Shown here: positions 10,010 to 18,986 of the stretch, piece by piece
How positions within the stretch are numbered: the first letter of the stretch is position 1
Layout: each line of letters opens with the position of its first letter
Source: a virus
DNA length: 64,000 bases
IMG/VR virus record: IMGVR_UViG_3300027706_000007
Coordinates: 1-64,000 of that record
Reading direction: 5' to 3' (one strand)
The notes under the pieces: model-generated
The model's database searches: none
What the model saw: the letters and a program-made list of their open reading frames with translations, nothing else
Told to the model about the DNA's origin: nothing
Program-made: the position numbers and the translations under genes

Positions 10010-10363
10010 TTAGAATTCTTCGTCATCATCCTCATCGTCGCTATTGCCATTTCCAGCATCTTCTCCGTCAAATAGCGATGGTACACCATAGAGTCTATCA
10101 TCAGATTCCGATGTCGAGTTAAGCATTGGGTCATCTTGGATTACCGAGGGCGCGGAAGATTCTGGCGGAACGTATGTACCCTGAAATGCTTCTGGGGGTG
10201 CATCAACAACAGTTAGTATAATCTGGCGCGTTTCAGGTTTGACTTCAATGGAAACGTCAACCGGGGTCGTTTTTGTTAGTCCCGGTAAGATTTGTCTGAG
10301 CAATGATGCCCGTATTGATACAATTCGCGTTGCCGCGTGTCCTACACTTACTAATTTTACCAT
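10010..10363 (-). CDS. Possible AbrB/SpoVT-like DNA-binding protein with acidic tail
   Basis: MVKLVSVG..TRIVSIRASLLRQI swapped-hairpin-like N-terminus. Confidence 0.4.
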   Translation of the reverse strand: MVKLVSVGHAATRIVSIRASLLRQILPGLTKTTPVDVSIEVKPETRQIILTVVDAPPEAFQGTYVPPESSAPSVIQDDPMLNSTSESDDRLYGVPSLFDGEDAGNGNSDDEDDDEEF

Positions 10364-10411
10364 AAGAGAGGGGTTTATAGAGTTATATATAAAGTTTACC
10401 GAAAAAATTTA

Positions 10412-10675
10412 TCAAATCTTGGTTGGATTCCACAAATCTCTTTGTAAATCTGTCGGAGTTTTACCTAATATATCCATTCTTTGTGCCCATTCTCTATAAC
10501 TTACTTTATCTACGGGTTTTATTTTTGAAGTAATTAAAGCACCGCACCATGGACAGCGTAAAATACCTTCTACCGCACCGTATTTACCCCACCGAAATAT
10601 ATTTTGGCATACTGGGCATCTGAAAAATTCATAACGAGATATTTCTAAATTATAGAGTCCGGCTACGGTTCCCAT
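10412..10675 (-). CDS. Zn-ribbon protein
   Basis: CPVC...CPWC. Confidence 0.6.
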   Translation of the reverse strand: MGTVAGLYNLEISRYEFFRCPVCQNIFRWGKYGAVEGILRCPWCGALITSKIKPVDKVSYREWAQRMDILGKTPTDLQRDLWNPTKI

Positions 10676-11110
10676 TTACCGTATATTTTGTAATACTTGA
10701 CTTATAAGTTTATCTATTGTTGCTCGGTCTAGTTTCGAAATGGTATCATCATCAAGTCCGTATGCAATATTTAACAATCTAAATAAACTATCTTTATAGT
10801 TTCCCTTAATCGCTAAATCTTGAACTTCTAATATCGCAAAAGGAGTAAGGGGTTTAGGTCGCATAACCCAAAATCGCGCAGGTTTAATTAGCCCATAATA
10901 AAGAAAAATTATAGCTACAATAATAGGAACATATAGAAAATCAAATGGAATTACTCTTAAAGATGATAATAACATTATTATCTCAGAGATAATTACCAAA
11001 ATTGCAGAATAAACGTAAGGTTTAACCAAAAAAGGTGCGCGAATTTTGGGAAACTTCATCGTTATGCTCCAGCCCGTTTTCGGACGCGTCGATGTTTGGT
11101 CGTTGCTCAT
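10676..11110 (-). CDS. Two-TM membrane protein
   Basis: Two hydrophobic helices; part of a minus-strand gene run. Confidence 0.55.
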   Translation of the reverse strand: MSNDQTSTRPKTGWSITMKFPKIRAPFLVKPYVYSAILVIISEIIMLLSSLRVIPFDFLYVPIIVAIIFLYYGLIKPARFWVMRPKPLTPFAILEVQDLAIKGNYKDSLFRLLNIAYGLDDDTISKLDRATIDKLISQVLQNIR

Positions 11111-11426
11111 AAAAGTCTATTCTGAAAAACTTATGTGACAATAATAAACATTTCGCATAAAACGCGGGAGACATATATATACCCATTGGCGACTGTCGTA
11201 GATATTCTGTATTGTATAATACAAAATATCCGTTAGAGTCGGGTATTTTAGCGATTAAACCCAATTCTTCAAGATAATTTAATTCTTTTTTAGAGAGAGT
11301 GGGTAATTTCTCTTCGAGAAGGAGCATCGTCTTGATAAAATTTTGGTCTTTTTTAGGCAGGAGAGCTAAAAGATTTACAATACTAGCCGGTAAATATCGT
11401 AAAGGTGGCTTTTTGGAAGCAGTCAA
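11022..11426 (-). CDS. Hypothetical (possible winged-helix) protein
   Basis: LNYLEELGLIAK pattern; ATGA overlap with the upstream gene. Confidence 0.45.
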   Translation of the reverse strand: MTASKKPPLRYLPASIVNLLALLPKKDQNFIKTMLLLEEKLPTLSKKELNYLEELGLIAKIPDSNGYFVLYNTEYLRQSPMGIYMSPAFYAKCLLLSHKFFRIDFYEQRPNIDASENGLEHNDEVSQNSRTFFG

Positions 11427-11743
11427 TCCTTATCAACTTTGGATTTTGGTTTTGTTGTTTCCATCGATTCCTGCATACTATAAGGCGAAGGCATGCGCAC
11501 AACCCATGGCAACTCAGATGAAGTATCTTGCGGCTTTTCAGCTTCTGTTGCCACTTTGACCGGAACATCCAACGCAAGCAAGAGTTCATTTATTGCTTGC
11601 TCTTGGATTGCAGCCACCGCCTGAGCTAGCTTTTGATTGTTGTAAGTGTTACGCGAGATTTTGGAGTTCTCCAAAAGTTCTAAGATTTTAGCATATTCCC
11701 TAAAGTTATTCAGATGTTCTGCCTGCTTTCTATTTATAGACAT
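11423..11743 (-). CDS. Hypothetical protein
   Basis: ORF with upstream TATA (tttatata). Confidence 0.5.
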   Translation of the reverse strand: MSINRKQAEHLNNFREYAKILELLENSKISRNTYNNQKLAQAVAAIQEQAINELLLALDVPVKVATEAEKPQDTSSELPWVVRMPSPYSMQESMETTKPKSKVDKD

Positions 11744-11788
11744 ATAATGTCGTGATATTACTTACTATATATAAATGTTTCCATACTT

Positions 11789-12607
11789 TTAATATTCAAA
11801 AGTCGGCAAAGTTTGGCGCTTCGTATCTGCATAATCGTTTTCGCTGGTTTTTATATCATCCGGGGAATTTTCAAAAGGATTTGCATTACGAATTGGATAG
11901 TTATAATTTTGAGGAATTGAATTTACTGCAATATGTTCTGGCATCCAGTCATTCGTTCCCCGAATTTCTTCTGTTTTCTCTTGAGTTTGCACCGTTTCAG
12001 ATGCCGGTTCTAACCCAGTTTGTGGGGGAACTTTTGTCACATTTTTGCGGTTGTATACAGAATCTAAAAGTGAACTGAAACTATCCAGAAAGTCTGTATT
12101 AGGCCCGACCGAACCCTGAACAAAATCGGATGCTCCATTATTATATTGAATATTTGCATACGCGGAACCTGCATGTATGTTATAGTTATCAGCAATTTTC
12201 AATAACATCGATTGTATTGTTTCAATCGCGTCCATAATTTGCTCGCCATCTCCATAAAGCGATATATTAAATGTATATAGAATTCCCTGACCTTTCGCGG
12301 GTCTGCGCTGAATAGTAGCATTTGGGTCAAACTTCTTCAGTATGTTATAAAATAATTCAGCGTGTTTATCTTGGCGAGACGGCACCGCGCCGAGCCATTC
12401 ATCGTAAATCCAAATTTCCCAATTTTCTAGAGCGTATGAGATTTTTTTACCAGTAGCGGGTTTCATCTCTGGGATGGCGGGAGTTTCTTCAGGCCCTTTA
12501 GGTTGAGTCGGTTTTTGTGGAGAATCCTTCCCTTCTGACGGTAATTCTGTTCGATTTTCCGTCTCAAAAGTCTGAGAAGGTACTTGTGGCGTGCCCGCAT
12601 TACTCAT
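11789..12607 (-). CDS. Acidic modular protein (possible internal head protein)
   Basis: Pro/Glu-rich termini flank a globular core; next to terL. Confidence 0.5.
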   Translation of the reverse strand: MSNAGTPQVPSQTFETENRTELPSEGKDSPQKPTQPKGPEETPAIPEMKPATGKKISYALENWEIWIYDEWLGAVPSRQDKHAELFYNILKKFDPNATIQRRPAKGQGILYTFNISLYGDGEQIMDAIETIQSMLLKIADNYNIHAGSAYANIQYNNGASDFVQGSVGPNTDFLDSFSSLLDSVYNRKNVTKVPPQTGLEPASETVQTQEKTEEIRGTNDWMPEHIAVNSIPQNYNYPIRNANPFENSPDDIKTSENDYADTKRQTLPTFEY

Positions 12608-12670
12608 ATAACTCTCGTATAAAGAAACCGATATATAAATTTTTCATGGTAATAAAGACTTTTTCATATA

Positions 12671-14299
12671 TCACTCATAGTTCGTAAACGCGATATATTG
12701 AGAAATATCATTTGAAATATCGAAGCGTACTAGCTCCCATCCAGTTAGAGCGAAACTAAGAGACATAAGTGTATCGTCAGTCATTCCGGTATCTTTTTTC
12801 CATAACTTCTTCCCAGTTGTTTCGTTTTGCTCCGGATAAACGGACATAAAATCACGAATAATTGACGTTCGTATCTCTTCATTTGGTTCATTATAAAATC
12901 GCACTTTATTTTTGGATAACATATCAAAAGTCTGGTCTATTATCCATGTTTTATCTGCGTAAATTAGAAGTCCCTGTGCCGTTGGCTCCGTTTTTATTGG
13001 CGTTCTAAATGAGCCGAGCCGAATTGTCGATAATTTCGACCCTATTCGTTTATAGAGGTCTGCATTCAGATAGAAGCCTTCTCCTTCATCTGCGATTACT
13101 GTAGTCACTGGAGTAGTTTCAATGAGTTGTAAAATGCGTTTATAATGTTCTGTCACATCAGGCACTGATATCCGTTCACAATTCAAAACATCAAAAGCCC
13201 AATCTCCTTCAAGAGTAGGTCGGGGCCTTATTAATACCCACGTTGTTGTACTTTTCTTTCCGCTGCCCCAATCTATGCCTGCGATGAGAATATCGCCAGT
13301 TTCAAATGCGTTACGAGGTAGCATGGGGTCGAAGAGACTCCACAAACCGGAGATTGTTATAGGATTTCCAACGCCTTCATAAAATTCGCCCATTACTTCA
13401 TTTAACCACTGCTGTTTTGACATAGTTTTGCGTTTCTCTTCGAAATCGCGCTCCGTGAGCCACACACCCAAACCGAGATACTGTGACAAATGATATCCCG
13501 AGAATACGGGGTCTTGGATATCATTTGTTGGAACCCATTTCCCATTGCGCCATTCTTTTTTATCGCTTAAATTCCAATATTCTTCATAGCGCGTCTTCGA
13601 AAGTTTTGGTGTACCTAAAATCCATAAACGATGCAATGAAGAGTGTGAAAGTACCTCTCGCGCAGCACCGAGCGCGTCCGCGTTTATGTCTTGGAACTCA
13701 TCAAGCACGAGCGCATTTGCAGAATAACCTCGTATCGCATCTAAATTTCCATATGCAGAATAAATGTGTATAGTTGAATCTCCCAGTTTGATGTTGTGCA
13801 CATTTGAATCACGTCCAAGAAGCGGTTTTAATTTTGGAGATTTCATTATAGTACGTAAAAGCCTTTCTTTACTGAAATATTTCGCTTTTTCTTGGTCGCT
13901 CGACGTGTATATGTAGAAGCCCGGATATTTTAGCGCGTGATATAAAAGCTGATTTACGATATATGTAGACATCTCGACCTGTCGCCCTTTCACGAGTACT
14001 ATATTTTGGGACGTATCATCATAAAGCGGAATAAGATATTCGCGCCCACGGAACCAATCGGCTTGTGTGAGTTCGCGTCCAGTGAGTCTATCATATTTCT
14101 CTGGTATGGCTACATTTTTAAGCGTAAAAATTGAAGGAGATGCTAAATCAAACTCTTCACTTAACTGTTCTGCATCTTTTAATAGCTTTTTCTGCTCTTC
14201 TTGCTTGGTTTGCTCTTCAAGTTTGGAAATTTTCTCGTCCAAGCGCTTAACCATGTAATTATACGCGTTGCTCACGCCCACTAATGAAAGCACGCACAT
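12671..14299 (-). CDS. terL: Terminase large subunit
   Basis: Deviant Walker A VKGRQVEMST, IRG, Walker B LVLDEFQD, motif III GTP, RNase-H-like GIDWG...DDTLMS. Probable start GTG 14275 or ATG 14254. Confidence 0.9.
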   Translation of the reverse strand: MCVLSLVGVSNAYNYMVKRLDEKISKLEEQTKQEEQKKLLKDAEQLSEEFDLASPSIFTLKNVAIPEKYDRLTGRELTQADWFRGREYLIPLYDDTSQNIVLVKGRQVEMSTYIVNQLLYHALKYPGFYIYTSSDQEKAKYFSKERLLRTIMKSPKLKPLLGRDSNVHNIKLGDSTIHIYSAYGNLDAIRGYSANALVLDEFQDINADALGAAREVLSHSSLHRLWILGTPKLSKTRYEEYWNLSDKKEWRNGKWVPTNDIQDPVFSGYHLSQYLGLGVWLTERDFEEKRKTMSKQQWLNEVMGEFYEGVGNPITISGLWSLFDPMLPRNAFETGDILIAGIDWGSGKKSTTTWVLIRPRPTLEGDWAFDVLNCERISVPDVTEHYKRILQLIETTPVTTVIADEGEGFYLNADLYKRIGSKLSTIRLGSFRTPIKTEPTAQGLLIYADKTWIIDQTFDMLSKNKVRFYNEPNEEIRTSIIRDFMSVYPEQNETTGKKLWKKDTGMTDDTLMSLSFALTGWELVRFDISNDISQYIAFTNYE

Positions 14300-14358
14300 A
14301 TAAAAATATTTTTATTAGAAGGAATCTTTAAATACTAAAAATAAAATATCCAAAATTA

Positions 14359-16386
14359 ATGACTAAAATAATTAGAGAAATTAAACGCGAGACAAACGTA
14401 ACACAAACAACGAGTGGATTGGCAACTTACAATGGAGGGCCACTTTGGCAAACGGGATATAAATGGATAAATATATTTTGGGGTTCTTTCTGGAACGCGC
14501 CAAAAGATTTCACTACCGCACAAGTAGATAAGGCGGTCGCGGATATAGCAACAGACCACTCATACTGGGGAGGTTTACAGGAATATGGAGCATCTGGTGG
14601 AGATATGGGCTACGGTGTATTTGGTAATTCATATATAATTTCACAAGACCCTCCCACAACCATTGATGATAGTGCAATTGGGCCACAGATAAAACAGTGG
14701 GTTGTGTCCGGTACAGTTGCTGACGTAAATGAGAAAGGCGCTTACAACATCTTTTTCCCGCCCGGAGTTACAATAACGTTGCAGGGTTCGTCAAGCTGTT
14801 CCGTCTTTTGCGATTTTCATAACTTCTATAATGATGGCACTAAAAATTATTATTATACAGTTGAACCCTATCCGTGCACGCTTGGTTGCAATCAATGTAC
14901 GGTATCTGCATTTGATACGTTGACACAAGGACTTAGTGAGGAGATGTGTATTTTACCAGAAGAAATTTTGCTTGGTGATAATAAACCGATTTCAGAATAT
15001 GAAATAGGAGATAAAATTGTTGGAATGTCTGGATTGGATACAGTTATAGCTAAATTTAACAGACAATATGATGGAGAACTTATTTCTATTAAAGCACATG
15101 GTATGTTACCTATTATATGTACACCAAATCATCCAATTCTAACTATCGGGGGAATTACCCCAACAAATCATTCAAAACCAATAAGTTACTCTACACCAGA
15201 ATGGAAACATGCAGAATTATTGAAAGAAAAACATACAAACATTAGCGGGAATTATTTATTACTTCCTATAATAGAAGGGGATATAGAAGTTAAAGAAATA
15301 TCATTAGAAAAGTATTTTGAAAATACGGCGCTACTTAAAGCATTAACTATAACAGGAACAACAACACAATTTCCTCTTAATGAAGATACTGCTTGGTTTC
15401 TTGGCTTATATGTTGCTGAAGGCTCAGCAAATTTCAATGATGTTACTCTCGCTTTACATGAAAAAGAAATAGATATTGCAAATAAAGTAAAACTATTATT
15501 AAATAGCTTAGGATACAGAGTTACAATATCTCCAATTAAAAATACTCATGCAATAAGAGTATATATTGGTTCAAGGCATTTGTCTTCTTTCTTAGAAGAG
15601 TTCTGTGGAAAGGGAGCTTTACATAAAAAGATACCTGATTTCATCTTGTATCATAAGAATTTATCCTTAGTACGCGCATTTTTGAACGGATATATTGATG
15701 GTGATGGTTGCCGCTATGTTACCCGAAAGAAATATAAACAAATAATCGTTGAAACTGTCTCTAAAGTTCTAGCATTACAATTACAGTTAGCTTTTGCTCG
15801 ATTGGGGCAATTTTTAGCATTGAGAAAAGGAAAGAAAGGTAAGGAACAATATATTATGGGTCGCCTTTGTCATACACACGATTCTTATCAAGGCTTACTT
15901 TCTAACACAAGTAAAGTAAAGAAAGTAGATAAATATCTTATTTCGCCAATATTATCGATAAAAAGGATACCCTATAAGGGTCAAGTTCGCAACGTTGAAA
16001 CAACAACACACACATATTTAGTATCTAATGCAATAGTACATAATTGTGAGTTGGCTACTGATATGCAGCCCGGCTATGGTTGGGTAATAGGTAATGAAGA
16101 AATTTGCGATTATTGCGATTCCCACTTCGTTTGCCATCAAATCAACTCTGGAGAATATGTAAATGCGTGGTACAGTGGCAAATATAATACTTGTTGGACA
16201 CCAAACTGGCCTCCTTCGAGTCCGTCTCCGCCTCCCCCTTCAACATGCCCAATAGCCAAAATATTTACAGGTACGTATAATACCTTCGCGAAACTTCTTC
16301 ATCGTAAAACGCGATTATTTGCAGTTGTACCAGATGACGTAAAAAATGAAATAGAGAAAGACGATGATTGCGATTGCAATAAGTGA
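14359..16386 (+). CDS. Intein-containing Phi-1/EXORDIUM-like (HExxE-type) putative metallopeptidase
   Basis: Exteins: YNGGP..., IFWG, LQEYG, FFPPG, SCSVFCDFH, then SEEM|CELATD...GW...EICDYC (family consensus SHExxExxTDP...GW...EIGD.C). Confidence 0.7.
   Translation: MTKIIREIKRETNVTQTTSGLATYNGGPLWQTGYKWINIFWGSFWNAPKDFTTAQVDKAVADIATDHSYWGGLQEYGASGGDMGYGVFGNSYIISQDPPTTIDDSAIGPQIKQWVVSGTVADVNEKGAYNIFFPPGVTITLQGSSSCSVFCDFHNFYNDGTKNYYYTVEPYPCTLGCNQCTVSAFDTLTQGLSEEMCILPEEILLGDNKPISEYEIGDKIVGMSGLDTVIAKFNRQYDGELISIKAHGMLPIICTPNHPILTIGGITPTNHSKPISYSTPEWKHAELLKEKHTNISGNYLLLPIIEGDIEVKEISLEKYFENTALLKALTITGTTTQFPLNEDTAWFLGLYVAEGSANFNDVTLALHEKEIDIANKVKLLLNSLGYRVTISPIKNTHAIRVYIGSRHLSSFLEEFCGKGALHKKIPDFILYHKNLSLVRAFLNGYIDGDGCRYVTRKKYKQIIVETVSKVLALQLQLAFARLGQFLALRKGKKGKEQYIMGRLCHTHDSYQGLLSNTSKVKKVDKYLISPILSIKRIPYKGQVRNVETTTHTYLVSNAIVHNCELATDMQPGYGWVIGNEEICDYCDSHFVCHQINSGEYVNAWYSGKYNTCWTPNWPPSSPSPPPPSTCPIAKIFTGTYNTFAKLLHRKTRLFAVVPDDVKNEIEKDDDCDCNK
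14947..16044 (+). mobile_element. Intein with LAGLIDADG homing endonuclease (366 aa)
   Basis: Starts CILPEE; block B CTPNHP; LAGLIDADG motifs LGLYVAEGS and LNGYIDGDG; ends VRNVET..HTYLVSNAIVHN|C. Confidence 0.93.
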
Positions 16387-16389
16387 GAA

Positions 16390-16539
16390 ATGGTTTTGAG
16401 TTTTATTACACAGGGATTCACTATTGGAACAATCACTGGAGCCGCATTAGGTACCATTTTCAGTGTTAATGGTCTTTTTCTTGGAGCGCTCATCGGAGCT
16501 ATTGTTGGAATTTATATAGGGTCGAAAATAAAGAGATAA
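16390..16539 (+). CDS. Small glycine-zipper membrane protein (49 aa, not in ORF track)
   Basis: MVLSFITQGFTIGTITGAALGTIFSVNGLFLGALIGAIVGIYIGSKIKR; GxxxG repeats; starts 3 nt after the previous stop. Confidence 0.7.
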   Translation: MVLSFITQGFTIGTITGAALGTIFSVNGLFLGALIGAIVGIYIGSKIKR

Positions 16540-16559
16540 AAAAGTTAGCGTGAATATAA

Positions 16560-16880
16560 TTGACACTAAAGCTCAGTTTTAAAATTGTTTGGGGCGATAA
16601 AAAATATACATATAATGAAAAACCTCTATATCCCGGTATAGATGGTATCATTGAATATTATTTTAATGATGGCGACTTTCCTTTCGTATTTCAACCATTT
16701 AAACAGGGTAATCATTACATACTAAACGGCAGAAATGCGTGGGGATGGGATGGCAACAAAGACGAGCCAACTTTAATGCCTTCAATTGTAATAGACCAAT
16801 CACCGCGTTTTCGTGCGCATCTGTATTTTAAAAAAGGTAAAATAGAATTGTTGAGCGATTCTTTTAATATCGAAATTTGA
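16560..16880 (+). CDS. DUF6527-like protein
   Basis: WGWDGNKDEPTLMPSI...HLYFKKGKIELLSD. Confidence 0.55.
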   Translation: MTLKLSFKIVWGDKKYTYNEKPLYPGIDGIIEYYFNDGDFPFVFQPFKQGNHYILNGRNAWGWDGNKDEPTLMPSIVIDQSPRFRAHLYFKKGKIELLSDSFNIEI

Positions 16881-16980
16881 ACGCGCTCAATGTTAACAAA
16901 GCCCTGAAACTAATAGAAGTATTTGAATCAAAAGGAAATAAAGCAATATTTAAAAAGAGCCAAACTACCCGAATTGAACC

Positions 16981-17325
16981 ATGGATTTTGAAGATTATCA
17001 AGAATATGCACATTCTACCGCGCGGTATAGTTATCCAAAATTGCATGGAAAGGAAATAAATTGGTTATATCCCGCGCTCGGTTTGGCTGGGGAAGCGGGA
17101 GAATTATCAAATAAGTTTAAAAAGATTTTGCGCGATTATGATGGTGATATGCCAAATGATATCTTATATGACATAAAAAGTGAAATGGGCGACGTTCTAT
17201 GGTATCTAGCCGAAGTAGCTACCTGCTTAAATATCAGTTTGGAGGATGTAGCTTCATCCAATATTACTAAATTGCAGAGACGCCTAGCTAATGGAACAAT
17301 TTCTGGGTCGGGCGACCACAGATAA
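16981..17325 (+). CDS. mazG: MazG-like NTP pyrophosphohydrolase
   Basis: YQ...LGLAGEAGE...EMGDVLWY...NITKL. Confidence 0.9.
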   Translation: MDFEDYQEYAHSTARYSYPKLHGKEINWLYPALGLAGEAGELSNKFKKILRDYDGDMPNDILYDIKSEMGDVLWYLAEVATCLNISLEDVASSNITKLQRRLANGTISGSGDHR

Positions 17326-17327
17326 AA

Positions 17328-18020
17328 TTAAGGCACATATGGAACCATTCCGCGCCATATCGGTTCCGCGCCATGAAACAAGATAACCTCATGCGCTTTT
17401 AAATTACGTAAAATTTGTTCATCTATATTATACCATTCTCGCAAAACTTCCAAATCTTGCGGCAAAATATGTTGAAATACAAAACTAAATTCTGCGTTTG
17501 ATAGAAAATCTTTTGAAACTGTCGCGGTGCGTCGCGCGGCAACTATATATCCGACTCCATAATTGCGTCCAATATTAACCAAATCATTTAGCGCTGAAGT
17601 GCGCATATAATCAAATCTGTCAATCTCGTCAGAAACTAGCATTTTATTGCGCTCTTCAAGTACTTTATTTATAATTTTATTTACATCTTGGGTTCGTCTC
17701 GGATTTACTACGTAATATTCCACATTTGGTTGCCCCTCTAAAGATTTAAGTGACCCCACAACATCTAGCACAACGAACTTGTATGATTTTAAAGGCCCTT
17801 TAACGAGATAACGTATAATATTAGATTTTCCCGACCCTCTGCGACCTAGTATCACAATACCATCTTCGATTTTTACTTTTAATTTCTGTGATTGCGCTGC
17901 GTCGCTCGGAGACCCATTTTGTGGCGCGTTCTGCGACGGCGTTTCGGGTGCTTTAGAATCCTCGGCACTGTCAGATGGAATATCTAATGCGCGCGGTTTG
18001 GGGCCGCGTGTCTCGCTCAT
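17328..18020 (-). CDS. FtsK/HerA-superfamily P-loop ATPase (STIV B204/A32-like)
   Basis: GRRGSGKS, VSDEID, GRNYG (Arg finger) and hhhAARR. Confidence 0.75.
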   Translation of the reverse strand: MSETRGPKPRALDIPSDSAEDSKAPETPSQNAPQNGSPSDAAQSQKLKVKIEDGIVILGRRGSGKSNIIRYLVKGPLKSYKFVVLDVVGSLKSLEGQPNVEYYVVNPRRTQDVNKIINKVLEERNKMLVSDEIDRFDYMRTSALNDLVNIGRNYGVGYIVAARRTATVSKDFLSNAEFSFVFQHILPQDLEVLREWYNIDEQILRNLKAHEVILFHGAEPIWRGMVPYVP

Positions 18021-18041
18021 AATATTTTGAAAAAACGTACA

Positions 18042-18443
18042 TTAACTATTTAAAGTTTTAGGTTTCGCAGGGCGCACTAAATGCAAATCTGCCGGTCTAA
18101 CTGTAAATGTTGTTTTATCTAGAGGCGTTTCCAGTTCAAACGAGACTGAAACTACGTAGATATCTTCTCGCGAATATGAATACTCGAAAATCTGTTTCGC
18201 GAGCGCGTGAAGAGATAGTTTCGAAGTATCTATATGTTTATCAAAGAATTCAAGAAAGAAAATTTTAAATTTCACAAATACATCGAAAGACAATTCATTA
18301 TCGGGGCCGAGGGGATATTCGAATGCGATTGTAATTTTTGGGAGCGCGAGGTCGTTAATTTTAAAAAATTGCTGCTCTATTAGCATGATACTTTTTTTGA
18401 AAATGCGGTATATAAAGATAACGTTTAAATTTAAGTAATCCAT
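18042..18443 (-). CDS. Hypothetical protein, possible degenerate T-fold
   Basis: Weak QueF/FolB-like pattern (KITIAFEY...SLHALAKQIF...VSVSF). Confidence 0.35.
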   Translation of the reverse strand: MDYLNLNVIFIYRIFKKSIMLIEQQFFKINDLALPKITIAFEYPLGPDNELSFDVFVKFKIFFLEFFDKHIDTSKLSLHALAKQIFEYSYSREDIYVVSVSFELETPLDKTTFTVRPADLHLVRPAKPKTLNS

Positions 18444-18454
18444 TCTCCTATCTC

Positions 18455-18949
18455 GTGAGTTACGTAACTCTTACACAGGGGTCTACCCAGAAACAGGGCG
18501 GAGGTTTAGGGTTTCCAATTTTTATTCAGCAATCAACACAAAATAATCCCAGCAACGATTTATTGCAGATTGTTTCCGATGTTGCATTAAATTACATTAT
18601 TTACGATATTAGAAATGTATATATTGCACAAATTCAGGGAATAAGTTATACATCTACACAAGGCCCATATACCGCTCAACTCCATTTAGCGCCTTACAAT
18701 ATACATTATCCGTCACTTATATATGTTCTAGTTCAAACTGCCGATTCGCATCTTAGATTTCCACAAATCAGTCCAGCATTACAAGTTTTTGGTGGCGATG
18801 TTTACAAATGCGTAATTGCATACAGAATGGCAAAGCCGCGCGGTGTATTAATGAATGTTGACGGACAGAGATTACTAGTTACAAGTTCAACTATGCCATC
18901 AATCTTCCTCGAATCGAGTGATACCTATCTCCTGACGGGCGGCGACTAA
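18455..18949 (+). CDS. Putative virion (neck/tail completion) protein
   Basis: Composition resembles the other structural genes; weak. Confidence 0.4.
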   Translation: MSYVTLTQGSTQKQGGGLGFPIFIQQSTQNNPSNDLLQIVSDVALNYIIYDIRNVYIAQIQGISYTSTQGPYTAQLHLAPYNIHYPSLIYVLVQTADSHLRFPQISPALQVFGGDVYKCVIAYRMAKPRGVLMNVDGQRLLVTSSTMPSIFLESSDTYLLTGGD

Positions 18950-18986
18950 AAGATTTAAATAGAAGAATCTAGAAAAATATATAAAA

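Noticed and set aside
17328-18020. Evidence for a tailless (STIV-like) virus
   Set aside because: Portal, TerL, tail tube and tape measure identify a head-tail virus.
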